64,000 bases of DNA, from NCBI RefSeq assembly GCF_009914755.1, contig NC_060930.1; one strand, given 5' to 3'. A program made the translations under genes and the position numbers. The notes beneath the pieces were generated by a model, which worked only from the letters and a program-made list of their open reading frames with translations, had not been told where the DNA came from and searched no databases. The stretch comes from the human T2T-CHM13v2.0 reference genome, Homo sapiens. Positions 27,972-41,180 of the stretch are shown one piece after another. Position 1 is the stretch's first letter. Every line of letters begins with the position of its first letter.

Positions 27972-28425
27972 CATATTAGTCAGTGTTCTCTAGAGGGAAA
28001 GAACTAATAGGATAGATGTATATATAAAGGGGAATTTACTAAGGTGTATTAACTCACACAATCACAAGGTGAGGTCCCACAATAGACCATCTGCAGGCTG
28101 AGCAGCAAGGAAGCCAGTTCAAGTTACAAAGCCAAAGAACATGGAGTCTGATGTTTGAAGGCAGAAAGCACACAGTACAGGAGAAATATGTAGGCTGACA
28201 GATTAAACCTGTGTAGTCTTTCCAACTTTCTCCAGCCTGCTTTATATTCTGGCTGCGCTGGCAGCTGATTAGATGGTGCCTACCCAGATTGAGGGTGGGT
28301 CTGCCTTTCCCAGTCCACTGACTCAAATGTTAATCTTCTTTGGCAACACCATCACAGACACACCCAGGAACAATATTTTGCATCTTTTAATCCAATTAAG
28401 TTGACATTCAGTGTTAATCATCACA
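27972..28425 (-). mobile_element. MLT2A (HERV-L) solo LTR
   Basis: TATTAGTCAGTGTTCTCTAGAGGGAAAGAACTAATAGGATA...CCCAGATTGAGGGTGGGTCTGCCTTTCCCAGTCCACTGACTCAAATG...GTTAATCATCACA; 5-bp TSD TCAGG/CCAGG. Confidence 0.92.
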
Positions 28426-28558
28426 CCAGGCATGGTGTTTACTGCCTGTAATTCTAGCCACTCCAGAGGCTGGTGCAGGAGGATCCCTTGAACTTAAAAG
28501 TTGGAGACCATCCTAGGCAATAAAGTGAGACCCCATTTCAAAATAACTAAAAAAAAAA
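28426..28558 (+). mobile_element. FLAM (free left Alu monomer)
   Basis: CCAGGCATGGTG...GGAGGATCCCTTGAAC...GAGACCATCCTAGGCAATAAAGTGAGACCCCATTTC plus A tail; no right arm. Confidence 0.8.
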
Positions 28559-28912
28559 TCAGTAATCTCACTGGTCATACCACTGCTTGGGCAATTAATC
28601 ATTGCTCTGAAAACTGATTTAAAAGGATGGAGGAGTACCAATTATTTATCCCAGATTTTCTGAATATATTTTATCTTACTGAACAAATGTGCCAATTCAG
28701 GAAATTTCCACTTTGTAAAACAGCTATAGCTAAAAGATGTGGAAAAATTATGCAACACAAACTTCACTAGTTTATATTTCCTAAATAAATAATCAGTCTA
28801 GAAAACATTCATCAATATCTACAAAAATTAGTAGGTGAAAAATTGATGGGGAATTTTACAATGGATGGATTGAATCAAATAACATGGGAAGCCACTGATC
28901 ATCTATTAAGAG

Positions 28913-29763
28913 TAATAGCTACAGGAGACAGACAAATTCCTAGGTGCAGAGGGGCGGGTCCCCAGTGAAACCCAACCTTCAAGTGAAAGACAGTTCAAAT
29001 CCTGAAAACTGAGCTGCCAGTTCCAGGTGGAGTCCTCGATCGGAGTGAGAATTTCCTCAATGTCTTTTAGCCCATCAAAAGATGCTTTCTTTAGGTCCAC
29101 TCATGGACCAACCAGCATACACTCCCTCAGTTTGAGCCCATAAAATCCCCAGACTCAGCCTCACAAACTGCAACCTGCTTTGGGCCCCCTGTCATACAGA
29201 AGACTACCCGCTCTCAAGTCCCCTCTCCACTGAAAGCTTTCCTTCTGCCACTGAATAAAATTATTCTGTGCCCTACTCACTCTCTGATGTCTACACACCT
29301 TTGTCCTCTTGGTTATGGGACAAGAACCTGGGACTCACAAAGTTTCAGGTGACAGGAATGAGCTGTATCATGCCTCTTTTCACTGAGCTGCAGACAGGAA
29401 TAAGAGAGAGCTGTAACATTTCTTGGGGGCTCAGACCTCGGGACTCCCCAGAAAAGAGCTGTAAAACCCCTTGGGGCTCCATGGTGGCTGGCATCTCTGA
29501 GTTTTCAGGAATCACTAGTGTGACATCACTGTCTAGATGTCAGTGCCCAACATGGAAGCCACTCGTGGCATGCCTGGTTCCGCTGTGGGATGAGCACAGA
29601 TCCTACAGTGGGTGCAAGATCTGGGCCATGGTGCAAGCAGAGAGCAGCCTGACAGGCTGAGCAGGTGGAGTGAGCCTGGTTTGCCCAAGCAAGTTCCCAG
29701 GCAGAGGTCACAGAAGCCAAACAGTTCTGGCTGATGAAGTGGCACTGAATGAATCCTGTAGCA
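28913..29763 (+). mobile_element. ERV1 solo LTR, LTR27/LTR28-like (LTR1/MER52 group)
   Basis: ACAGGAGACAGACAAATTCCTAGG...GGGTCCCCAGTGAAACCCAACCTTCAAG; CCCATAAAATCCCCAGACTCAG TATA-like motif; AATAAA near 29254; repeated GAGCTGTAA motifs; ends AATCCTGTAGCA. No TSD seen; subfamily uncertain. Confidence 0.75.
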
Positions 29764-30053
29764 CTGTAACCCTACCTCCTGCAACAAGGGAGAAAAAGAA
29801 AAACCTGCTGGGCGCCATTCCCTACCTCTCACCAAACTACAGAAGCTACAATGAGAGTAGGGCACTTAGGCATTATATGCCTCTGGATAAGTAACTGCCC
29901 TAAGACTGTGACTATTTCTACAAGTGACTAAAGTACAAAATAACACCTAAGTGAGTAAACCTCTGAATCAAATGATTGATTTAAAGGGAATACATAAGGC
30001 AACAGAACAAATAGTACAAAGATGCAATCAACTCAACCAAAAATAGACAAAGC

Positions 30054-30363
30054 TTTATTTATTTATTTTTGAGACAAGGTCTCACTTTGTTGCTCAGGCT
30101 ATAGTGTAGAGGTGTCATCATATCTTATTGCACCCTCGAACTGCTAGGCTCAAGTGATCCTCCCACCTCAGTCTCCTGAGAAGCTAGGATTACAGGTGTG
30201 TGCAACCAACCCAGCTAATTTAGTTTTTATTGTTTTTATTTTTTGTAGATATGGGTTTTTGCTACGCTTCCCAGGCTGGTCTTCAAGTATTGAGTTTAAG
30301 TAAATTGCCCTCCTCAGCTTCCCAAAGTGCTGGGATCGCAGGAATGATCCATGGTACCCAGCC
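30054..30363 (-). mobile_element. AluJ
   Basis: Diverged dimer with J-type GGCTCAAGTGATCCTCCCACCTCAG; (TTTA)n tail. Confidence 0.9.
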
Positions 30364-30860
30364 TAAAATATAAAACATTTCAGAGGATAAATGAAGGGGT
30401 TTCTCTTTCATCATATATGTTACAATGGAAAAAAGAGAGAGTAATGAGATAATAGTTATAGATTGAAAAGAATTATGAAACATATCAATCAAATGCTATG
30501 TGAAGACATTGTTGGAATACTTATTTTTACTAAACAATTCTAAAAATTCATATTTAGGACAATCAAGGAACTTGGAAACAATAGATTATATTAAGAAAGT
30601 ATTGCTAATTTTGCTGTACTAGTTGAATGGTGCTTATATAAAAAATAAAATTGTCTGGTTAGAGTTGCATTCGTTTTAAGATACTCTAGACTGTAACAGC
30701 CAACAGATGGGGAGGAAGAAAGAGAGAGAGAGAATATGTGCGAGATGATGAGACAAGAATAGCAAAATAATAATAACTACTAAACCTTTCTGAAGGGCGT
30801 GTGACAGTTTATTATTCTGTCCTATCCTGTGCATGTTTAGAAATTAAAAATTCACTAATA
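30364..30860 (+). mobile_element. Old L1ME/MC 3' UTR fragment
   Basis: CATATCAATCAAATGCTATGTG...GGACAATCAAGGAACTTGGAAAC...TATTGCTAATTTTG resembles old L1 3' ends. Confidence 0.5.
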
Positions 30861-31568
30861 ACAATAATCTAGCATGATATTAGTACTTTAAAAACATTTA
30901 CCAAAAAAAATTTAGAAATGAAGTTAATTTCAAACTTCAAATTTTTCACATTATACATAAGGAACCCTTTACATTATAATGTCTGTTTGTCTCACATTCT
31001 GTTTGTCTCACAGTCAAATTTTATAGGCCACAGTGTTTTTAACCTCCTCTATATAAACTATTATGACAACCTTGTGAAATATTATCACATGATTTCTAAT
31101 TTATTTATTTTTTAAACTATTTCCATACTCTCATTTGATAGTTTAGTTTAGAATTATAATTAGGAGCACTGAAGTTTAAGCTAGATTCAGAAGCTCATTT
31201 CTGCCTGCCATCTCCAAGTTTGTCATGGAATTCTGCTTCCAAATTTATATGGAATTCAGCTTTAACTTTACATGTAAAACAAATGTTCAAGCAGCAATTA
31301 AGACTCAGGCGTCTACATTAAGCTAATGCCTTATTCAATAAAATTCCCACTGATTTCTTTTTAGGTACTATATATTGAAGGGAGGAGGAAATAATGCTTT
31401 TCTACTAATAGAGTAGCTGCCCCCTCTTCATGTCATATAAGCACGTAAAGTGTTGTAAATTCTCAATAAATGTGCTTATTTCAGTGACTTCTTAGAAAAT
31501 ACAAGACATACATACCAGTAATTGAACATAATTACAGTGACATCTCCAGAACTATAAAATAAAGTTAA

Positions 31569-31950
<382 letters not shown>

Positions 31951-33079
31951 TATCATATTTTTTGTTAGCTTAAATTATGATATGTAAGAAAAAAAAAAGC
32001 TCACCTGGCTTTTTAAAATAAAATTAAATAACTTTCTTATTCTTAGAAATGTGTTGTATGTGGACCCTTCCAATCAACTTTGTTGTAATCTTCCAACCCC
32101 TTGATGTCTCAATGAATATCTCCTGAACCCCCATTAACAATAGAAGAAAATGTTATCGACTTTCAAAATACTCAATGGTATTAATTTTTATTAGCATTAA
32201 CTAACACCATATACGATACAATTATTTCATAAGAAAGCTGGTGACTATCAAGATTTTGATTGAGGATTTTCATTCACTTAAAGGATCATTTAATGACTAT
32301 GGGGCAATATATATTTTTAAAATTATCATTATACACTGGGATGATTGTTAAAGTCAAATGCTGCAGGCTATCACATTCTTGAATTACCCCTGTGTATCAT
32401 TTCAGATCCTTTGTAACAAGAGCTTTGATTACTATGGGTCATTATATCATTAAAATTTGAGATCAGTATTACCTGCCATTCACTCTGCACAAAAAGGTCA
32501 TATCTCCATTGACAGCTTGGATACCCTTAAATCAGTTTCAAAGATTCTCTTATTTCAGTTGCTTTATATTTAAGGCTCTGTATGGTAGTCCTACTTATAT
32601 AACTCTTACAGCTGACTTTTCTGTGATAATTTCAATGTGAATAGTCTCAGCATGATAAAATCTCTTTTAAGTCTAGGAATTTATAATAGCTCCAGAATCA
32701 GATTTATTGCCTAAAAAAACTAATCAAACTATTTGGAAACACCTGAAAAAAAAGAAAATTAAAGATATATTTTTAATTTAAAATTGGGAAACTAAGACAC
32801 ACAGAATGTTTCTAAGCAAAGCCAGATGACAAATTTGCTTTGCATTATTCCAGATAATTTTTTGGGCCTGAACCTGTCTTCATCATGAGTAAGTTACTGT
32901 GCATTTAGAGAGATTTAAAAAGTTTAGAAGAATATTCCTTTATCTCAGATTCTATATCTTGATATCTTTATTACTTTATTCAAATCACTTCTCTCAGTTC
33001 TTCTTCTACATCAAGGTAAAATAAGTTTTCTTGCATAGAAATAGACCATACAGCACACCCTTTGAAGAAAATCACATTG

Positions 33080-33467
33080 CCTTATCTTCTGGGCTTGCAG
33101 TTGGCAAATAACTTTCAGTTGGCCTTCAGAGACTGCCTCAACTTCAGCAAGATGCTTTACATGGGATTATCATATTGGGGATGGCTCACATCTACAGAGA
33201 CAGATACAAGAGGATAAAGGGCTTATTTTAATTGCAATGTACTTGGAATGCTTCTAATAAGCTGTTTTAGCTCTTGAGCTTTCTGTAGGGTCAACTGAGG
33301 CTGTTATTGGTGCCTGCCTGAACAAGAACTAGACCTCTCATTTAGCCCAATCTCACTTCCCCATGCTCCAAACCAGAGCTGATGCCAGGAGTGCTCCCAC
33401 ATAAACATAATAATAAGTACAGCAGTCTTTGCTGAGAGACTCTTCCCAGTGGATTCAACCTGCAACA
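33080..33467 (+). mobile_element. LTR16-like ERVL LTR
   Basis: The 3' end GAGTGCTCCCACATAAAC...GCTGAGAGACTCTTCCCAGTGGATTCAACCTGCAACA resembles the LTR16 terminus. Confidence 0.5.
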
Positions 33468-33904
33468 ACAGTGAAAAATCAATGAAGAAAACCTCTTTTA
33501 CAGCTTTGATAAAGTAGGTACCACAGAAAGGTAAGAAAAATTTGGGCAAATCATCTCTCAATACAGTCTTTTGCCTCTGCCTGGGAGCACATAAAGGAGT
33601 CATTTAAACATCTTCATGTTATTTTAATGGTATTTATAAAACTTACAGGTTCATTGTATTTTCAAAGAAAATTTGTTTAATTTTCCCTAGTCATTTTATA
33701 CTTTTAAAAATTTCAAAATAAAGTAATATATTTATCAGTGAAGACAGCAATTTATTTTATTAAGTCAAAAAAATGGATTCATGTCTATGAATATTATTAT
33801 CATAATGCTTCATACCACTACAAATACACTACAGAAACATATCACTACTCATGTTCTTTGAAAATGTTTCATATTTTATATAAAAAGAAATATAATTATG
33901 ATTA

Positions 33905-34249
33905 TGATATATGCAGAAAGCAGATGAGGGAGAGTCTCCAGAGAAGCTCCGACCTAGCCCACAAGTGTTTACATGAAATGCTTTTGTGCAAATAAGGGAA
34001 CCTGCCCAGGCCCTTGTTTGGGAATGCCTTCAATGAACTAGGGGGCCTGCTCATACCTTGGGAGAATGAGGTGGAGCCACTGGGAAGTTTGTGTCTCATG
34101 CAGCAGGGAGGAGCCTGGTCTCTTCAGCTTATGTGGTGGCCTGGTATTCAATCTGTGAGGTGGCAGCCTGTTGGTAGGACTCCTTTTTTTTCAGTGCATG
34201 CTATCTTTTAATAAATTTTGCCCTCCTCACCTTTCAACATGCCCGCATA
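33905..34249 (+). mobile_element. MER61-family 5' LTR (3' part lost at the THE1 insertion/deletion)
   Basis: Colinear with 41181-41532; starts TGATA; GGAGGAGCCTGG, CCTGGTATTCAATCTG, AATAAA near 34210; preceded by TSD ATTA (33901-33904). Confidence 0.85.
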
Positions 34250-36440
34250 TGTATTAGTCCATTTTCACACTGCTGATAAAGATATACCTGAGACTGGGTA
34301 ATTTATAAAGAAAAAGAGGTTTAATGGACTCACAGTTTAATGTGGTTGGGGAGGCCTCACAATCATGGTGGATGGCAAAAGGCACATCTTACATGGCAGC
34401 AAGCAAGAGAGAATGAGAGCCAAGCAGAAGGGGAAAAACCTTGTAAAAACCATCACATCTCATGACACTTATTAACTACCATGAGAACAGTATGGGGAAA
34501 ACCACCCCAATGATTCAATTATCTTCAACTGGATACCTCCCACAACATGTGGGAATTGTGGGAGGTACAATTTGAAATGAGATTTGGGTGGGGACACAGC
34601 CAAACCATGACATTCTGCCCCTGGCCCTTCCAAAATGTCACATCCTCACATTTCAAAACCAATCATGCCACCCCAACAGTCACCCAAATTCTTAACTCAT
34701 TTCACCATTATCTAAAAAGTCCAAAAGTCCTCATCTGAGACAAGGCAAATCCCTCACGCTTATGAGCCTGTAAAATCAAAAGCAAGTTAGTTACTTTCTA
34801 GATACAATGGGGGTACAGACATTGGGTAAGTATAGCCATTCCAAATGAATAAAATTGGCCAAAGCAAAGGGATTACAGGTCTCATACAAGTCCAAAATCG
34901 ATCAGAGCAGTCAAATCTTAAAGCTCCAAATGATCTCCTTTGACTCCATGTCTCACATTCAAGCTGTGCTGATCAAGAGGTGGGCTCCCATGACCTTGGG
35001 CAGCTCTGCCCCTATGGCTTTGCAGGATACAGCTCCCATCTCTGCTGCTTTCATAGGCTGGCATTGAGTGTCTGTGGCTTTTCCAGGTTCATGGTGTAAG
35101 CTGTTGGTGGATCTACCATTCTGGGTTCTGGAGGACAGTGGCCCTCTTCTCACAGCTCCACTATGTAGTGCTCCAGTAGGGACTCTGTATAGGAGCTTCA
35201 ACTCCACATTTCCCTTCTGCAGTGCCTTAGCAGAGGTTCTCCATGAGGACTCAGTCCCTTTAGCAAACTTCTGCTTGAAAATCTAGGTGTTCCATGCATC
35301 CTCTGAACTCTAGGTGGACGTTCCAAACCCCAATTTTTTACTTCTGTGTACCCACAGGCTCAACACCACATGGAAGCTGCCAAGGCTTGGGGCTTGCACC
35401 CTCTGAATTCATGGACCAAGCCTTACCTTGGCCCCTTGTAGCCATGGCTAGAGTGGCTGGGACATAGGGCACCAAGTTCCTAGGCTGCACACAGCAGGAG
35501 GGTCCTGGGCCCGGCCCAGGAAACCACTTTTTCCTCCCAGGCCTCTGAGCCTGTGATGGGAGGGACTGCCCCAAAGGTCTCTGGCATACCCTGGAGACAT
35601 TTTCCCCATTGTCTTGGCAACTAACATTTGGCTTCTTGTTACTTACGCAAATTTCTGCAGCCAGCTTGAATTTCTTCTCAGAAAATGGAATTTTCTTTTC
35701 TATTGCATTGTCAGGCTGTGAATTTTCTGAATTTTTATGCTCTGTTACCCTTATAAAAGTGAATGCTTTTGACAGCACCAAAGTTATATCTTGAATGCTT
35801 TGCTGCTTAGAAATTTATTTCACCAAAACCCTACATCATCTTGCTCCAGTTCAAAATTCCATAATCTTTAGGGCAGGGGATAAATGCCTTCAGTCTCTTT
35901 GTTAAAACATAGCAAGACTCACCTTTACTGCACTTCCCAATAGGTTTGTCATCTCCATCTGAGACCACCTCAGCCTGAATTTTATTGTTCATATCACTAT
36001 CAGCATTTTGGTCAAAGCCATTCAAAAAATCTCTAGGAAGTTCTAAACTTTTCCATGTTTTTCTGTATTCTTCTGAGACCTCCAAACTTTTCCAACCTCT
36101 GCCTGTATGTTACCCAGTTCCAAAGTTGCCTCCACATTTTAAGGTGTCTTATAGCAGCTCCCCACTCTGCAGTGCCAATTTACTCTATTAGATCATTTTC
36201 ATGCTGCTGTTAAAGACATACCCAAGACTGGGTAATTTATAAAGAAAGAGAGGTTTAATGGACTCACAGTTCCATGTAGCTGGAGAGGTCTCACAATCAT
36301 GGCAGAAGGTGAAAAGCATATCTTCATGGCAGCAGACAAGAGAGAATGAGAGCCAAGTGAAAGAGGAAACCTCTTATAAAATCACCAGAATTTATGAGAC
36401 TTACTCACTACCAGAACAGTATGGGGAAAACTGCTCCCAT
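34250..36440 (-). mobile_element. THE1 (THE1B/C-like) MaLR: complete 3' LTR 34250-34612, internal 34613-36183, truncated 5' LTR 36184-36440
   Basis: TGTATTAGTCCATTTTCAC...GGGGACACAGCCAAACCATGACA; reverse-complement PPT TTCTGCCCCTGGCCC; ~1.57-kb THE1-int. ORF-track peptides FSEKKFKLAAEIC, WKSLELPRDFLNGFDQNADSD and GALHSGAVRRGP are MaLR ORF remnants. Confidence 0.95.
34511..34521 (-). promoter_or_regulatory. DUX4-type motif TAATTGAATCA in the THE1 LTR
   Basis: TGATTCAATTA on + at the known position in THE1 LTRs. Motif match only; binding is not shown. Confidence 0.55.
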
Positions 36441-37331
36441 ACATCCTCCCCCAGGCATCTTTCCAATTCTGCACTTTAAGCAGTTTTTTTTTTTCCTTTT
36501 CTCCACCTTGTCAGCTGTTAATAGAGTCCTGCACTCTCATTTTTTTTTAAATTTTCTCCACTAGGTTAGAAATTAACTATTAAGAAAGAGGCTTCTTTTC
36601 CTTTTAGAAGATGTTTTACTAGGCCAGGACCACAAGTATCACTGTTTATATTTTTTGTAAAGTTTTCATTATGAAAAATAATTTGTGAGGTTGATCTTAA
36701 GCTATAGCCAATTTGGTGTGCTTTGCATGGCTTTCTGTATAATCAGTAGCAAACTTTGCTGCAGGCCTTCATCTTGTTTTACATCCCTGAGAGTGTGACC
36801 TGTAACCACATGGAAGTGCTTTGTTTTAGCCCCTACCATTTTACAATGGCTGCCAGGGTTCAATCCTGGCTTAGTGAATGAGTTCTTTCTGGTTTGATAT
36901 CTGTGTGACGTTTGCCATTTGTAGATTCTCTTCCCCTCAACGAACCACCTTGTGTTTTCTTCTCTCTGAGTCTCTAGTAAAGTTTAAAAGCCAGAAATAT
37001 TGACCACTTTGCATAGCTAAATTCAGGTAATAAAGGATTTAAAAGGATTTTCTTAATTAAAAGTGGATATCCAAGTTATAGGTATATTTAAAAGGGCTTT
37101 ATGTTTTTCCCTTCTTGGATCTTGTTTTGCTGGAAAAAGGATTTTTCTCAACTAAATTATTTTTCTCCATTTTGTCTTGCCACACTTAATGCATACATAC
37201 GAGGCCCTAAGATAGTTTCTGATGGCTTGGAAATCCTTGGGAAAGACAGAAAAAGTGTCACAAATTCCATTTTGGGAGACAGCTGTGTTTTTCACATGTA
37301 GCCCCAGGAATTAAAGGCAGTTAGATCCCTC

Positions 37332-37638
<307 letters not shown>

Positions 37639-40551
37639 TTATTAGGCCCTGGAAACTACATGCTTTCCTAGCCTTGCTCATAAAGGGCTCCACCCAAAGG
37701 CTAATAATCATATTAGTAGACTGGCAACACAAAAATCTTACAGCTACTGAATCTTCTTCTATCTTTCTGTGTAGTTATACATGTGTCGTGTGTGTGATGT
37801 CTATAAAAAAGTGCTCTAATTAATTGACTTAAATAAGGATAAGCACTTTGATCAAATATTTTTTAAAGAGAAGATAAAAGTTGTGGTATATTTTGGTTCA
37901 TGTGACTTTTATCTTTGAGAAATAAAACAGCCTTAAAGATTATTGGCAAAATAGAGATGTCATCAAAATGTAAATTTTTTGCCTGGGGTTAAAGGATTGT
38001 TTTGAATTAGATGAGATAAACCTAAAAGTTCAAGCAATTTGTAGAAAGATTGTAAAAATTAATCTTGCAAAAGAAATTTAATGTGTGAACACATTGACTG
38101 AATTCAAAAGAGTGTTATATGGTTTTTTTTGTAAATTGAGCATGGAAATAAAAGCAGAACAAGGTATTCTTAAGGCACTAATCTGTTCTTTAGCAAAATT
38201 TGTAAAGGGTTATAAAAGGTTTTTGCTCTTTCAAAAAATTTCTGAGTCATCATTCTGGCAAAATAAACAACTTATGGTAATCTGGAATTTTATTTCATAA
38301 CATCAATCATTTTAAACCTCTAATATTTAACAGGTTTCCCAAAATCAAGCTTCAGTTTCAAAATTGTCTTTCCTGACAATCCAAAAACCTGGCTTTTGGA
38401 TGATACAGAGGGACAGTAGAGCATCCAGAAGACAGGTAAACAGGATTATCTGATGTGTTTAGGAACATGGGATTGCCAAAATTATGTTTAATCTTTTTCA
38501 GTTATATTTTAAGGCATAATATTAAGTTCCAAAATTGTATGGGATCTCTAAAATTCTAATGTCTGAGTATATGCTATCAATCACAATTAAGGTTATTATG
38601 ATAAGTTATTGTAAACCACAGAGATAACCAAATTTTTCTGTAAATAATGTTTTTGACTGTAACTGCCCTGGACATTTTGTTATTCACAGACAATTCTTGT
38701 CTTGTTTTGATTCTCTTCAAAGGATGATTTATAGTCAGCTTTAGAACTTTGACTGGTGCTCTCAAATGTAGGTTTCTGATAACTTTGGAGACTGTGACAT
38801 TGTAATAAAGGAATAACATACAGGACTCATGAAGGGCTAAAATGTTCACTAATATCAAGCAAACCAAGAGTTAACTGAAAGAACTGAACTAATAGAAAAC
38901 TAAAGTAATCTTTTTGACTATTGCTTGGAACACTGCTGATCCTAGTTTTATTTCTCAAAGTCAAGGAAACTAATTTTGAGCTACTTAGAGCCTTTAATAA
39001 TTGAGAAATGTGTACTCCTGTGAACAAAATTTGGAGCATACTTGTCTCTCTCTTCCTGGCTTCTCCAAAATTTGGAAACTAGTTGTGGATATTCTTAACT
39101 CATGGCAAAATAATTGTTTGCATCAGTGCAAAAAAAAATCCATTTTCTTTTGCAATGGGATGCAATTGGAGAAACTGGTTGTTTTAAAAAGGCTTTGACT
39201 GGAAGAGTATCCTCCTTAGGGAGTCAAACTCAACTTGTACAGCCAACAAAAGGCCCTTGGGAAAACTGGCCTCATACTTTGTCTACAAAGTCCCCATACA
39301 GGGTTCCTAACCTGTGGTAAGTAAAGAATGTCACTTTCTAACAGGCCCAGGAACCCCATGCTCCTGGAACTTCAAGAAGAGAGAAGCCTACCCACCTCAT
39401 AGGTATTTGAGGGTGCAAACCCATGGCTGGGCTTAGTTTTAGAAAGTCCTAAGATGCCTTGTGGGACAGAGTTCCATCAAAGCAAAGTCCTATGTAAAAA
39501 TGATTATCCTTGCTGCACATTATGCAAGTAATCAGGTCAATTAAAAAACTAAAGTCTATTTTGAAAATTACTCGGTCCTATCATGATTTGTTTTGAACAA
39601 AAATGAGGCCTGGAGAGAGAGAAATTATGTTTCAAAACTTTTCATATATTTGTCTTTAAATTCTAGGCTCATTAGCTGTCTTTAACATTTTGCCTGCATT
39701 TTAGACTAGCCACGCTTATTCCTGTGAACCAACCAGCAATCTCCAACTGCAGCTCAGAAGGAACAAAAAGGATGGGTAATGTAAAAACTGGGATCAATAT
39801 TCTAGTTCTGAACAACTATCCTGCAAATTCTGCCAGGTGATGGGAATAAATAGGGTGCCCATCAGCTGGAGGTTTCCTTTTTGAGAAAATAAGAACAAGG
39901 GAGTTAACCAAAGCCAAGCCCGATGCATCCAAATCTTAGCAAGCATAACTATAGCCACCAGTTATCTGGTTGTGTCACGATACATCCTTTTCTCTCCCTT
40001 GTTGGAGGAGGACTCTATTCCACAGCTTCACCTTAACATTTGACTTATGATAAGGAGTCTATGCTACTTCCCCTGAGACACATTTTTTGTCCCAAACTCC
40101 ATTCTAAGCTTTGGGTCAAAGCCCTAAGGTGGGGTGGGAAACAAAAACTGGATCTGCAGGATCCAGAGGCAGATGATAATGGGAGTTAAAAGGTAGAGTG
40201 CGGGTGAACATGACTAATTCCTGCTGATTAGTCCAAGCTTCTCATTTCATGGATAAAGTTCATGCTAGTATCCATGGCATAAATGAGGTCTAGGGAATTT
40301 GAAGACTACTGACAACAGGGGAGATAGGGTGTATGTGGGTAAAAGCAGATATTTCCAACCCCTAGGTCCCCCCCGTTAACATGGGTGAAAGCCATTTTGA
40401 CACCCATGGTCAGTACCTTAATGTGGTCACTGGGACTCAGGGATATAAAGATGGAGGAAAGAAAGAGATGCCTCACTTTCTCTCCCTCACTTACCTGGGC
40501 TATTTGCCAGGAAGGGAAGGGAACTTGGGATGCCTGCTTGCCTCCATATAG

Positions 40552-40755
40552 ATGGGTAACCATTGACCTTCAATCTGTACCCATTTTAAATGCATCCTGA
40601 AACCCTGGGACTCCTTTGAAAAAATATGCCTTTTTTTTTCCTTTTTTCTCCTCTGTCCTCTCTTCAATGATAGGTAATTGTGTCTATGTATCATAAGACA
40701 CTTCCCTTGGATGCATCCTCCAAACTGGGAAAAGTTTATTTTCCCAAACCTTAAA
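40552..40755 (+). pseudogene. Two tandem class I ERV gag matrix N-terminal remnants
   Basis: 40552-40620 translates MGNH*PSICTHFKCILKPWDSFE; 40670-40755 translates IGNCVYVS*DTSLGCILQ/NWEKF..QTL. Both fit the MGN...PLxCILxxWDxFxPQTL pattern. Confidence 0.65.
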
Positions 40756-40972
40756 CTCTTTGGCTTAGGATAGGGCTTGGGGGAAGGAAACCCAGAAGCC
40801 TGACATGCTGGAAAAAGGATAAAGTGTTTTTTTACCAGTTGGGTTTTGCCCTCCCTTTCCCTGTGCAAACTGGTAAAAATGCTTGGAATTTATGAGCTGT
40901 CCTAACCCCCCTCCTTGTTTTGTTTTGATACATTATTTTCTAATAACCCATTTTGTCTCTTCTCACCTTCAG

Positions 40973-41050
40973 GCCATTAAATTCCAAATGGTCATGCAAC
41001 CAGAGCCTCGGAAAATAGTCCCTTTTGTTGGGGACCGTTAGAGAGACCTT
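40973..41050 (+). pseudogene. ERV env cytoplasmic-tail remnant
   Basis: AIKFQMVMQPEPRKIVPF/CWGPLERP resembles the class I env tail AVKLQM...GPLDRP. Confidence 0.6.
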
Positions 41051-41180
41051 TCAGGGAGATCTGACTGCCATTTTCCCAAAACAGTACCTCATGTCAGCAG
41101 AAAGCAGCTAAGATCAGCCTTTGTCCTTATCCCTATGCTTATTCTCATGGCAGTTAGATGTACTTCTTTAGAGAGAAGAA

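Noticed and set aside
34855-36191. Cluster of overlapping ORFs as an intact retroelement gene
   Set aside because: These are fragments of the THE1 internal ORF broken by stops and frameshifts across several frames.
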